Under the pieces are notes generated by a model, which saw nothing but the letters and a program-made list of their open reading frames with translations, searched no databases and had not been told where the DNA came from. DNA of 64,000 nt from assembly GCA_020353515.1 (NCBI GenBank), contig CP070695.1, positions 1,367,637-1,431,636 of the forward strand, read 5' to 3'. Position 1 is the first letter of the stretch. Every line of letters starts with the position of its first letter. Positions 18,036-27,967 of the stretch are shown here, piece after piece. This DNA is from Candidatus Heimdallarchaeota archaeon. Its GTDB lineage: Archaea > Asgardarchaeota > Heimdallarchaeia > Hodarchaeales > Hodarchaeaceae. The position numbers were made by a program, and so were the translations under genes.

Positions 18036-18536
18036 ATGTCTGAAATTGAAGATCTATCTATCCCTTCATCCCCTAAAGTCAAATCAGTTACTCTTATGGG
18101 AGCACTACTTGATGAAATGACCAAATATTCGAAGGAGGCTATGCCTAAGGAAGCCATTGGCCTTCTAGGCGGAAAAGAACTCCGGACTGATGAACTAATA
18201 TTATCTAGTATTCTCTTTGTTACGGAGGGTGACGAAGTTTCTGTTTCCTTTTCTGATGAGGATTTTAAAGCTTTTGAAGACATCTTAGAGAATGATTGTT
18301 ATTGTTTGGGATGGTGGCATTCTCACCCTGGATACGGCTTGTTTTTATCTCAAACGGATATTAAGACTCATATATACTCTTTTCAGCTACATAATGAACT
18401 TTCTGTTGCGTTAGTAGTTGAACCTACAAAGATCGATATGAATGGCCGCGCATCTTTCCAATTTTATCAAGTTATTCGTGAAAAAGGGAGTAATTCCTTC
18501 AAATATCAGGAAATTGCAAGTTATATTCAACCTTAA
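18036..18536 (+). CDS. JAB/MPN+ (JAMM) metalloprotease, Rpn11-like deubiquitinase
   Basis: PKEAIGLL..GWWHSHPGYGLFLSQTD (E...HxH..S..D); ATG at 18036 preferred. Confidence 0.92.
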   Translation: MSEIEDLSIPSSPKVKSVTLMGALLDEMTKYSKEAMPKEAIGLLGGKELRTDELILSSILFVTEGDEVSVSFSDEDFKAFEDILENDCYCLGWWHSHPGYGLFLSQTDIKTHIYSFQLHNELSVALVVEPTKIDMNGRASFQFYQVIREKGSNSFKYQEIASYIQP

Positions 18537-18706
18537 AGAAAAATGTATAGTTTAAACCATTTTGGGGGGGGGAAAATAGGTTTATTTCCAAATTAATTTG
18601 AATTGATGTTTCATACATTTTTGAAAAGGCCACTATAATGAATAGGAATTAATAACAATAAATATCCGAAGAAAAACAATTTAAATTGCTTAGCAAATTG
18701 TAAAAT

Positions 18707-19507
18707 ATGAGTTCGATGATGTCAGCCTTGGATCTTTTCAGACTTCCTCTCAAATATTCCACTCGTATTTTTCTCCAAAATGGATATGGGATAATAGATT
18801 ATATCGTGTTGTTTTTGGGTCCAGGGACTGTTTTATTCTTTACTTTCTACCTATTATGGTCTGGACGACGAAAAAATCAAAAAATTATGGATTTAGCGAG
18901 AGAGGCTTTACTCGAAGTCTTTGCAGAGGAATTTGATGATCTCGTTATGGAAGAGAAGAGTTCAAATGGAGGTTTACTCATTCCAAAGTATAAGAAATCA
19001 CAAACCTTATCATTCAAGGATTTTCGAGTGGTTTTTGCTTTGGAAGAAAGACATCTTATGCTTTCAGTCATCATTTCTTGGTTTGCAGGGGTAAATGATT
19101 ACATTGCCTTGGAAGCTAACGCTAAGAAAGGAAAAATCCCTACAAAAATTCAGATTATTCCGAAAAATGAAGAAGGCCAAATCAAGAAACATCAAGAACT
19201 CTTATTTAAACTCGAGGAAATTGAACTCGGTATAAAACAATTAGATGAGTTTTTCTTATTGAAAGCAACTTCTCAACGAGCGGGGACATATTTTCTCGGG
19301 GATAAGAATCTATTGAGATTGCTTCACAATATACGAAAAGTTGTCGTCCGAATATCAATCAATTCTGCTGAAGATCCCTCCATTCGTATCTATGCAAGGA
19401 TCAACGAAGATCTAAGTCTTGAAAAGGTGCAAGAATTCTTCCTTGCATTATGTGAGCGCGTAAATGAGGTCTCTGAGAAAGTAGTCATGAAGAAGAAACG
19501 GCCTTAG
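18707..19507 (+). CDS. CCDC47/DUF1682-like single-pass membrane protein
   Basis: N-terminal TM followed by GRRKNQKI..L...F and LEERHLMLS..ND, resembling the CCDC47 G..KN..A / L..RQD pattern. Confidence 0.55.
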   Translation: MSSMMSALDLFRLPLKYSTRIFLQNGYGIIDYIVLFLGPGTVLFFTFYLLWSGRRKNQKIMDLAREALLEVFAEEFDDLVMEEKSSNGGLLIPKYKKSQTLSFKDFRVVFALEERHLMLSVIISWFAGVNDYIALEANAKKGKIPTKIQIIPKNEEGQIKKHQELLFKLEEIELGIKQLDEFFLLKATSQRAGTYFLGDKNLLRLLHNIRKVVVRISINSAEDPSIRIYARINEDLSLEKVQEFFLALCERVNEVSEKVVMKKKRP

Positions 19508-19528
19508 AACGTTCTATTCTTGAACCTG

Positions 19529-20092
19529 TTACAAGAGCTCGATTTTCTCAGTCACTCTCTGACGAAGCCACTCAAGTCCTTCCTCTACATTGAACCCAGT
19601 TTTAGCAGATGTTGGTACAATGGCATATGAATGCGTGGTGACTTTGTGGAGGTTTAGTCCTCGGGCAACTTCCCCCGCAGATGCTGCGGAAGGTAAATCT
19701 TGTTTATTTGCAAGAACTAGAATAGGAATGTTTTCAACTTTGTCATTGTCAAGAACATATTTCCATAATTCTATCTTTGCTTCATCTATTCGTGATCTAT
19801 CAGCACTATCGACTACATATACGATTCCCATACTACCTGACATGTAACTTTCCCATAAAGACTCACGAAATGCTTCTTGGCCTCCAATGTCCCACGAAAT
19901 AAAACGAACGTTTCCTGAACTAAATTCATCAACATTCATGCCCAATGTTCGAAAAGTACTACTATCAAATTCCCCAGAAGTAATTCTTTTGACAAGAGTA
20001 GTTTTTCCAGCTTGGTCAAGACCAAGCCAAGCAATCTTGACAGTCAATTTTTCTTTAGCAAATTTTGCTCGTAACTTTGAAAGGAAACTCAT
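19529..20092 (-). CDS. Arf/Arl-family small GTPase
   Basis: GLDQAGKTT, TLGMN, WDIGGQ, VDSAD, NKQD, TSAK; N-terminal amphipathic helix MSFLSKLRAKF. Confidence 0.92.
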   Translation of the reverse strand: MSFLSKLRAKFAKEKLTVKIAWLGLDQAGKTTLVKRITSGEFDSSTFRTLGMNVDEFSSGNVRFISWDIGGQEAFRESLWESYMSGSMGIVYVVDSADRSRIDEAKIELWKYVLDNDKVENIPILVLANKQDLPSAASAGEVARGLNLHKVTTHSYAIVPTSAKTGFNVEEGLEWLRQRVTEKIELL

Positions 20093-20107
20093 TTAGGGCA
20101 CCTATCT

Positions 20108-20653
20108 TTATTTCCGCATCATTTTACTCCGGAATCTATCACTCATCCACTGCCATGGTTCATCAACACCATCACCAGTTAAAGCTGAGCAAGGGTAAAC
20201 TGCAAAGGTTCTGGGTCTTGTAGCCATTTCTGTTTCGAGCTTTAGTGTATGGATAATATTCTCTAAGGACATTGCTTCTGTTAAATCTTGTTTATTTGCC
20301 AAAAAAAGAAATGCAGAGTCTTCTGGTGCCCATTGGATAACGTTTTTTAACCATACTCCCGCATTCTCCACTTTAGACCTGTCTGCAGAGTCAAAAACGA
20401 AAACAATGCCAGATGCCTCTGAAACGAATGGCTCCCACAAGCTTGTAGGATATGTGGGTTGTCCTCCGAGATCTACTGCCATTACTTCAATATCTCCAAT
20501 TTTTAGAGTCTCAATATTCATTCCCATGGTGGGAACGGTCTCTAGATTGTCGTCGCCCTTAAGACGCTTAACTAATGTAGTTTTTCCTGCATTGGCTAAG
20601 CCTACAAATGCGATTTGATTCTCAATTTCACGACCAAACAATTTCGTCGGCAT
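20108..20653 (-). CDS. Arf/Arl-family small GTPase (second, tandem)
   Basis: GLANAGKTT, PTMGMN, DLGGQ, NKQD, CSALTGDG. Confidence 0.9.
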   Translation of the reverse strand: MPTKLFGREIENQIAFVGLANAGKTTLVKRLKGDDNLETVPTMGMNIETLKIGDIEVMAVDLGGQPTYPTSLWEPFVSEASGIVFVFDSADRSKVENAGVWLKNVIQWAPEDSAFLFLANKQDLTEAMSLENIIHTLKLETEMATRPRTFAVYPCSALTGDGVDEPWQWMSDRFRSKMMRK

Positions 20654-20850
20654 TCTATTTCCCTTTCAAATGTTATATGGATTTAAAGCACTTAGAAGGC
20701 AAAATTCAAACTTTTCCAGACTAAATAATCGTCTTGAAAGTCTATCTAATATATTCTCCTCTGTAGGTTTTCTAACAATCACTTTTTAGAACAGATTATA
20801 TGATAATACATTTTCTATGATATTTTATATGGGTTTTTAATTACTGTTTC

Positions 20851-22749
20851 TTAAACCTCACGTGTGAAAATTGGTTGCATAGACACCAACCTTGGAATAG
20901 CTCTTAAAAAAGTTGGTTTTTTCGCAGTATGCTTTTTGATATATGTTATAACTTCTTCTAAAGTTTGAAATTGTTGTATTTTCTCTTTTCTATAACGAAT
21001 AGTAATTTTTTCTTGATTTATTTCCTTTTCACCAATTACGAAAATCAATGGAGTCCAAAGTTTTTCTGCAGCACGAATTTTCTTAGCTAGCGAGAGATCA
21101 CGGTCATCAATTTCTACTCGAATGTTAATTTGTTCCAGTTTGTCAGCTATCTCTTCAGAATAGGGAACGAATTCCCCAGTGACTGGTAAAATCCTGACTT
21201 GAGTGGGGGATAACCATAGTGGTATTTGAGGTTTGAGTCCTTTTTTCATTTGTCTGAGTTGTTCCTCCAGGATACCATAAATTACACGTTCAGTAGATCC
21301 TGATAAAGAGCAATGTAATAAAAGAGGATAGACTACTTCTCCTTTGTCATTAGTAAATTTTATGTCAAATCGCTCGGAGTTTTCTACATCTATTTGGACT
21401 GTAGATAAGGCTGCAGCTTTTTTCTGAGAATCTACAATATTAAATTCAAATTTTAATATGAAATAAGCATATCTTGAATCGAATAACTCAATTAAAATCG
21501 GTTTTTCTATCTTATTTATCATTGATACGATCCAATCTTTGTTCTCCTCATAGAAACTGGTTGTCATTCGAAATGCCGTTTCAAAATTAACCTCAATATC
21601 ATTCATGTATTGAAGAGCAAGTAGAAATTGAGATTCAAATTCTCTCTTAGCCATTGGCATATCTATAGCTACAGTGTGCAAATCAGGCATTGTGAAAGCA
21701 CGGAGACGACGGATACCAGCTAATTCACCTCGTTGTTCACGTCTGAAAGAGGCCGATAATTCAAATATTTTCAAAGGAAGCTGACGATAGCTAATTATTG
21801 AGTCAGATAATGCGAGAAATTGGCCAAAACAGGCTGAAAATCTAAGGAAATAATCTTTCTGACCAGATTTTACAATATATTGGCGAGCTGGAAAACGTGC
21901 TAAATATTTCTTCAGCGAGGGATGCTCATATGAATACATAAGTGGAGTTTGAACAACCATTGCGCCATATTTAATTGCCATCTCAAGAACATGACTTTCA
22001 ATTAAACGTTTGACAATATATCCTCTGGGAAGAATGCGAAAATTGCCAGCATCACTACCTTCTTCGTAATCAACTAATTCTAATTGCTTCATGAGCTCAA
22101 CATGCTTTGGAGGAGAACTTACACTCCTGTCCTTAGCTGTTTCATAATTAACAAATATTTGAAGGTCTTTCAAATCTCCATAGTTATAGTTCTCAAACGG
22201 AATTAAATCACCAGTTTGAGTGAGAATATAGAATTGGGATTTTACTTCATCTTCGGCTGTAATCGCAGCTGTTACTTCAATTGATTCTGAAATCCTGTCT
22301 CCACTGATAATCTCTTTAGAGCGTTCTGCAAGAGCATGGCCCTTACACTTTAGAGAAAATCCCTTATAATAACCAAAAGGAGCACGGAGGATGTAAAAAT
22401 TAGGAGAATCATCCTTCAATTGGCTATGTAATGCCTGGAGAATGTTTAAGGCATCAGTTGGTTTGGCTGGTGCCATTTTTACTAAATGTACCCAAGGATA
22501 AAGTATAATATTCGTTTCTTTGACATCATGGAGGGCTCGTTGAAGTTCTAATACAGTTTTTTCAATTAAAAACGATGTATTTTCGATATCGCTGATCTCC
22601 ACACCAATAAAAACTATCATTACAGATTCTTTTGTAGTATACTCGCCTAAAATCTGATCTGATATCGGTTCTGGATTACTCACAGCTTTTTCATTAATTT
22701 TCCAACTAAAACCATCTGAGTGGATTAATAATAACTGCATCCTATTCAC
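20851..22749 (-). CDS. thrS: Threonyl-tRNA synthetase, archaeal type with N-terminal editing domain
   Basis: LLIHSD..YPWVHL..APFGYYKGF.LKCKGH.LAE editing domain; RFSACFG, FRREQRGEL.G.RRLRAFTMPD, LHCS.SGS.ER. Confidence 0.95.
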   Translation of the reverse strand: MNRMQLLLIHSDGFSWKINEKAVSNPEPISDQILGEYTTKESVMIVFIGVEISDIENTSFLIEKTVLELQRALHDVKETNIILYPWVHLVKMAPAKPTDALNILQALHSQLKDDSPNFYILRAPFGYYKGFSLKCKGHALAERSKEIISGDRISESIEVTAAITAEDEVKSQFYILTQTGDLIPFENYNYGDLKDLQIFVNYETAKDRSVSSPPKHVELMKQLELVDYEEGSDAGNFRILPRGYIVKRLIESHVLEMAIKYGAMVVQTPLMYSYEHPSLKKYLARFPARQYIVKSGQKDYFLRFSACFGQFLALSDSIISYRQLPLKIFELSASFRREQRGELAGIRRLRAFTMPDLHTVAIDMPMAKREFESQFLLALQYMNDIEVNFETAFRMTTSFYEENKDWIVSMINKIEKPILIELFDSRYAYFILKFEFNIVDSQKKAAALSTVQIDVENSERFDIKFTNDKGEVVYPLLLHCSLSGSTERVIYGILEEQLRQMKKGLKPQIPLWLSPTQVRILPVTGEFVPYSEEIADKLEQINIRVEIDDRDLSLAKKIRAAEKLWTPLIFVIGEKEINQEKITIRYRKEKIQQFQTLEEVITYIKKHTAKKPTFLRAIPRLVSMQPIFTREV

Positions 22750-22839
22750 GGGGTTTAATTCAACGTTTTTTAAGACATTGGAATCAAAATTTTCAACAAC
22801 AAAAGTACTTTTTCTATGAGAAAAGATTTTGTTAATTGA

Positions 22840-23442
22840 TTAAGATAGAAAATTCTCAACAAAGAAAGAGACGGATGAGTCAGGGATACCTAATTTCAGA
22901 AAGGTTGCCCATGCTTCTGCTTTATCATATCCTTCTGAAATGGTTCGTTCGGTCATGAATTCATAATATTCATGGGGAAATACTACCCATTCCGTCGCTT
23001 CTTCAACGTAGTAATCTGGAGTGACCTTGGACCAAGGTTTATGGAGAAGAGCAGCAATTTTTATTTCTTTAGGATTTTTTAAATTGAGATAATCTAGGGC
23101 GCATTGAATACTTTCCCCACTATCTACTAGATCATCTACCAATAAAATTTTCTTTTGTTGGATTTCAACCGTTACATCTTGCGCTACTACTGGTCGTGTA
23201 TGAGTTTCTGCTATTGCTGTATAGAATTTAATCTGCATACTAGCTAATATTGATGTGTTTCCTCCCTCTTTGAATGGTATTACTGCTTCAAACATATCGC
23301 TCAATAATCTAGCTGGAATTGTCCCTCCTCTACTTATACCTAGTATAATATCAGGCTCAAATTCATCTTTTTTAATTAGATGAAAAAGTTTACGTGCTAA
23401 AAGGTCTATTTCTTGCCAGCTGACTATTTTAAATTTAACCAT
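22840..23442 (-). CDS. Purine phosphoribosyltransferase (HGXPRT-like)
   Basis: GISRGG, LLVDDLVDSGES (PRPP-binding), PDYY..WVVFP. Confidence 0.88.
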   Translation of the reverse strand: MVKFKIVSWQEIDLLARKLFHLIKKDEFEPDIILGISRGGTIPARLLSDMFEAVIPFKEGGNTSILASMQIKFYTAIAETHTRPVVAQDVTVEIQQKKILLVDDLVDSGESIQCALDYLNLKNPKEIKIAALLHKPWSKVTPDYYVEEATEWVVFPHEYYEFMTERTISEGYDKAEAWATFLKLGIPDSSVSFFVENFLS

Positions 23443-23608
23443 CTCGCCATATCAACACTTTAAACTTTACTACAGTAATATTACTACTAAATAGGAACAC
23501 AATAAATAAAGACCTACTTATGTAAACCTTCCCTATTATAGATGGAGAGTCATTTAAATCCCCCAAGATAAACCATATATCATCAAAAATCTTAATGGAT
23601 TCTTATTA

Positions 23609-24127
23609 TTGGTATTTACTGGATCTATTGAGTCTAAAATAACACATTTGGACATAGGAATGATTTTAAGTAGAAATAGAATCAAATACGACATAAAAGC
23701 CTCACAAATATTTGATAATCTGTATATATGGGGTTATCGTCATCTATACTCTGCTGTTTGGCATGCAATAAAGGCAAAAAAGAATAATCGGATGATATCA
23801 AAAACTCTCTCTATTGAAGTTCTTCTTTATGCAGCTGCCCAAAGACAGATAAAAAAAGCATTTGCTCTCTTGGGAGTAAAAGAAACCACAAAAGATATTG
23901 CAGGAATAGTATTAGGTGAAACATCTCAACAATTAATTGATGCCAGCTATCAACTTCAAGAGGAACTAAATTTGAAAGCAAACATCAAACTTTTGGGTGA
24001 TTTTACATCTAAAAACGAACTTTTTATCAAACTGTTAAGAAATGATGGATACAAAACAACTGATTTTACGTTTAGTGATATTGAAAAAGCCGTTCTTCAA
24101 AAAATAGCACTTTTAGCGTTAGAGTAA
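23609..24127 (+). CDS. cgi121: KEOPS complex subunit Cgi121
   Basis: HLYSAV.HA..A....MISKTLSIEVLLYAAAQRQIKKA...GVK. Confidence 0.85.
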   Translation: MVFTGSIESKITHLDIGMILSRNRIKYDIKASQIFDNLYIWGYRHLYSAVWHAIKAKKNNRMISKTLSIEVLLYAAAQRQIKKAFALLGVKETTKDIAGIVLGETSQQLIDASYQLQEELNLKANIKLLGDFTSKNELFIKLLRNDGYKTTDFTFSDIEKAVLQKIALLALE

Positions 24128-24133
24128 TTTTGA

Positions 24134-24673
24134 TCAATAGCCTCTTGACTCTTCTTTCATCAAATACGCTAAACTAAATTCTAAATTTGGTTCCATAACA
24201 GAAACTCCTGTTAGATCTCTTATGATTTCAATTCGAATCTCAAAATCTGGTGAAGTTAAGTTCACTACTCCCCAATTAATCTCTTCAGCAATTTTTTCGA
24301 TAACTTGAAGCGTCCTAAGGGTAGTTTGTCGTTTTCGAACATGAATCTTCCATGTATTAGTCGGAGTGATTCTTAATTTTGCGAGGGACACTGCATTTTC
24401 GACAATCTTAGGGAGATTAGTCTTTATTAATCGTTCCAAAGGTACTATTTTTAAACAGGCTACTAAGGGGCCTTTTTCTTGAGTATATTGCTTTATTTCT
24501 TTGATGACGCGAAATGGGTCGGTTTCATCAATTAATCGCAAAATTGCTAATCCAGGAACCCGAGATTTTAAAGGGCGAGTTTTATATCCAAGAACATCAG
24601 AAATTACATAATAGGCTTCAGAAAGAGCGTCACGTTCAAAAGACCGCTGTGAGCTGATCAAGAAGCTCATCAC
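24134..24673 (-). CDS. Stand-alone THUMP-domain protein (tRNA modification, Tan1-like)
   Basis: KIVPLE, TWKIHVRKR, VNLTSPDFEIRIEII. Confidence 0.8.
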   Translation of the reverse strand: MMSFLISSQRSFERDALSEAYYVISDVLGYKTRPLKSRVPGLAILRLIDETDPFRVIKEIKQYTQEKGPLVACLKIVPLERLIKTNLPKIVENAVSLAKLRITPTNTWKIHVRKRQTTLRTLQVIEKIAEEINWGVVNLTSPDFEIRIEIIRDLTGVSVMEPNLEFSLAYLMKEESRGY

Positions 24674-24697
24674 AAGGTGACCTCGCTAGTAGCAGTA

Positions 24698-24883
24698 CTA
24701 TTCTTCTTTTAACAACCAAGCAGAAGAGATTATATCTGTTGTACCACACTTCGGACAACTGGGTTTTGTTAAATAGATTCCATCTTCGTCTTCAACAGTT
24801 ATAAATTTCGCTTTTTGAAAACGATGTTCACATTCTTTATTTTGACAAATATAGACATCAGGTTTTTCAACCAAATATGTCAA
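24698..24883 (-). CDS. Small Zn-ribbon protein
   Basis: CQNKEC..CPKCG; GGAG SD-like site upstream; co-oriented with flanking genes. Confidence 0.6.
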   Translation of the reverse strand: MTYLVEKPDVYICQNKECEHRFQKAKFITVEDEDGIYLTKPSCPKCGTTDIISSAWLLKEE

Positions 24884-24915
24884 CTCCTTTCTTCAATGAA
24901 ATATTGGTTAATTGC

Positions 24916-25620
24916 TTAAATTTGTTTGTGCCCAAATTCGAGAATGTCGGTGATCTGTCTAACACCTTTTGTTAATGTGAATCGCTGAGTATCCCAATCA
25001 GCGATTATAAGACGTCTCCAAGAAGCAAATTGAAGTTGAGAAAAAACAATTTCTTCGGATTCGTTCATGTTTTTTGCAATCTGTGCAAGTTCACCATTCG
25101 ATTTCTTTACAGCGATAAGAATTTCATAATATTGTTTGATTGCATTAAGCACAATAAGACCTAAAACATGCTCAAGTTTTTCTCCAGTCTTAGCTGAAGT
25201 TCCTATGACGGATATATTTCTTTTATCCTTTCCTAGGACTGCATCTGCTACTTCTTGGGGGCTTTTTGCCCCCTTAATATCTTGCTTATTTGCGCAGAGT
25301 ACAATAGGAACACCAGGTAGAATGTCATAAACCTCTGTTAGGAGTTTTTTAGCTTCATCAAACGAGGCGACGTTCACTGAATCAACAATGAAAAGTATGC
25401 CATCTGCTCCTTTGCTTAATATCTTTCGAATTATCTCGAATCGTTGAAGCCCAGGAGTTCCAAATAAGAAGATTTCAACCCCATAGATTTGTGTTCGACA
25501 ATGATCCAAAGCCACAGTAGTTCCACCATAATCAATAGAAATCGCAGAACCACTACATATCTTTTGGACAGTTGTTGATTTTCCACTATTATAAGGGCCT
25601 AACAGGACTATCTTCAACAC
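24916..25620 (-). CDS. Ras-superfamily small GTPase with C-terminal winged-helix-like extension
   Basis: GPYNSGKST, TTVALD, GTPG..RF, NKQD, TSAKTG; helical tail ending RFTLTKG. Confidence 0.8.
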   Translation of the reverse strand: MLKIVLLGPYNSGKSTTVQKICSGSAISIDYGGTTVALDHCRTQIYGVEIFLFGTPGLQRFEIIRKILSKGADGILFIVDSVNVASFDEAKKLLTEVYDILPGVPIVLCANKQDIKGAKSPQEVADAVLGKDKRNISVIGTSAKTGEKLEHVLGLIVLNAIKQYYEILIAVKKSNGELAQIAKNMNESEEIVFSQLQFASWRRLIIADWDTQRFTLTKGVRQITDILEFGHKQI

Positions 25621-26158
25621 TCTGACCTCTTTGATCGAACAAACCTTTTGTTCTCAAGAGTAATAGTTTTGATTATAACATTATCCTAGCTGAAACTGGC
25701 ATTTATTAGGCTCACAATCCTATTTGAACAGTCTAATCATCGTAAAGCGCTGATTTTAAAGATAGGATAAGCCTTCTTCAATACCTTCATTATCTTCCTC
25801 CTATTTCCTTAGCTTATAAATATTAGCTTTTATTTCCACTTTTGCTTCCCTAAATCAGTAAGTATTTTATTAGTCGGAATTATCAAAGATTTACTTCTTA
25901 ATAGGTTGGTTAGATTAAAAAAAACCAATTTTAAGGTTAGCATTTCAATTAACTGAATTTGTTATGGCTTCTAAATTATTCGTATGCACTAATATTCAGT
26001 TTGAATGTGTGATTTTACAATCATCGTCATGGAAATACTGATCTTCCTTTTTAAACAATTGAGGATTCATTTTGAGAACCCTGTAAAAAAAACAAAAAAA
26101 TAAAAACTGAACTTAAAGTGGCAACCTCTTGAGAACTCTGAAAGGAGTTGGAAGAGTT

Positions 26159-26584
26159 ATGGCTCAAACGCTTTATCGAAATCTGTGGGTCTCAAAAGAA
26201 GTACGAACATTAATTCTAGGAACATTAATATTTTCTATATGCGCCTTATTAGAGCTCCTATTTCTCTTCTTCCCAGTTGTATTGGAGGAATCATTTCTAG
26301 AATTCTTATTCTGGGAGTTTGAATTATTTGGAGGAACTTTTACACCTCTTCTAACAGTCTTTCATTTGATAGTGTGGGGCATAATGTTTTTTTCCACTCT
26401 CATGGTTTATACAATGATTCGTGAATACGCAGGAGGAAGAACAGGGCTACTTGAAATTGCTGGGATCATTGTGATTTTTGCATTTTCAAGTTTGATAATA
26501 TACGAAGTATGGTTCGCCTTGTTTCTTGTAGGAGTCTCAGGATTAATCTTAGGGTATCTATATCTTAGTTTAGCTGAACAATAG
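26159..26584 (+). CDS. Hypothetical four-TM membrane protein
   Basis: Four hydrophobic segments; ATG at 26159 follows GGAG. Confidence 0.65.
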   Translation: MAQTLYRNLWVSKEVRTLILGTLIFSICALLELLFLFFPVVLEESFLEFLFWEFELFGGTFTPLLTVFHLIVWGIMFFSTLMVYTMIREYAGGRTGLLEIAGIIVIFAFSSLIIYEVWFALFLVGVSGLILGYLYLSLAEQ

Positions 26585-26881
26585 CTAAATATCTCCGCTG
26601 ACTTAGCTGTTGTTTAATAACAATTGATGTTGAAGTTTCAAATTCTTGATAAATGGTTAATCGGAAAGAAGACATTTGAACCTCACTTTTCTATGAATAA
26701 GTGAAAAATTCGAGTTTCAAATAGTTGATAAATGCTAGGAAAAAGTTTCAAAAAGATGATAAATGAGTGGGATGGTTTCAATTAAGCAAAATTTTTGAGA
26801 AGCAGGCAAAATAAAAAAATTAGCAATTTGACACTTTTTCTCTATTGAAAATATTCAGATCAAAAAAAAGGGATTTTAATA

Positions 26882-27727
26882 ATGATTGAACGCAAAGTTA
26901 GTTACCAAGGGAATTTTTATAATCCTAAGCAAGAAACAGCTATTGCATTAGGTCTTGCAGCATAGGTAAGCCTAGTCTTTGGTTTGATCTTTTTTATTGG
27001 AAATACTAATCCAACTCCTATTGAGACATGGACTATTGATATAGTCATCAATTATCTTCTTATCTATGGCTCAATTCTTATTTTACCAGTTCTAATTCTA
27101 TTATTTGTTAGAAAACATGGCTTTAAAACCATCAGCGTACAATTGAAGGGACTTGATTCAAATTTAGTAGCTACATCATTTTTAATCCTTTTATACCTCT
27201 TCTTTCCTAGATTTTCTCTTTGTTTATTCGTGCTAACGCCAGCCATTTTAGGTGTCTGGTATTTTAAAGAAAGATTAGTTAATTCCACTAAGACGAGAAG
27301 GATCTTGAATCTTTTTATGAGTTATCAAGTAAAGTCGATAATATTTCTCATCTCAATTTTTGGTATTACTGCTTATTTCATCTTTGGTGGGACTATTGAC
27401 ACTGGTGAAACAGCCCTAAGTATAAGCGCTTTTATTGGTATTTGTGCAACAATCATTCAAGCTGGATCAGAGGAAGTTGTTTTTCATGGGTATTTTCAAT
27501 TTAGAGCCATTGATTGGTTAAATGAGAAAAAAGGGATTCTATTAACATCAGCAATTTTCTCTGTCATTCATTTTCCAATGTTACTTGCTGTTGGCATGGA
27601 CATTCCAAGTATATTGTTTTTCTTTGTAATGGTGTTCATTACAGATATTCCTGTTGGATACTTAACTCATAAAACACATAATCTGACTGGTGCAATTCTT
27701 TTACATACTGTGGCAAACGTTTTTTAG
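26882..27727 (+). pseudogene. CPBP/Abi (CAAX protease-like) intramembrane metalloprotease with in-frame TAG at 26963-26965 (or an intact shorter gene from 26984)
   Basis: EEVVFHG, FSVIH and HTVAN motifs; the upstream ATG at 26882 is in frame and the hydrophobic helix continues across the TAG. Confidence 0.6.
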
Positions 27728-27967
27728 ATTCATTTTACTGTGAAAATTGTCGACATCCCAGATGGTAAATCAGACGTTGGTACCAGATGGTTGCTACCAT
27801 AAAAACGATTTTTATTCTTAATGGAATTATTTCGACATTTTCTGTATTTTGAAACTCATTCATCATTTATTCAAAACTTCCACAATTGAATCTAGAGGGA
27901 AAGTGGGTTCATTTTCCATTGGATATTCAATAAAACCTCTCAGACTGGGACGGTTTCCACATTAAAT

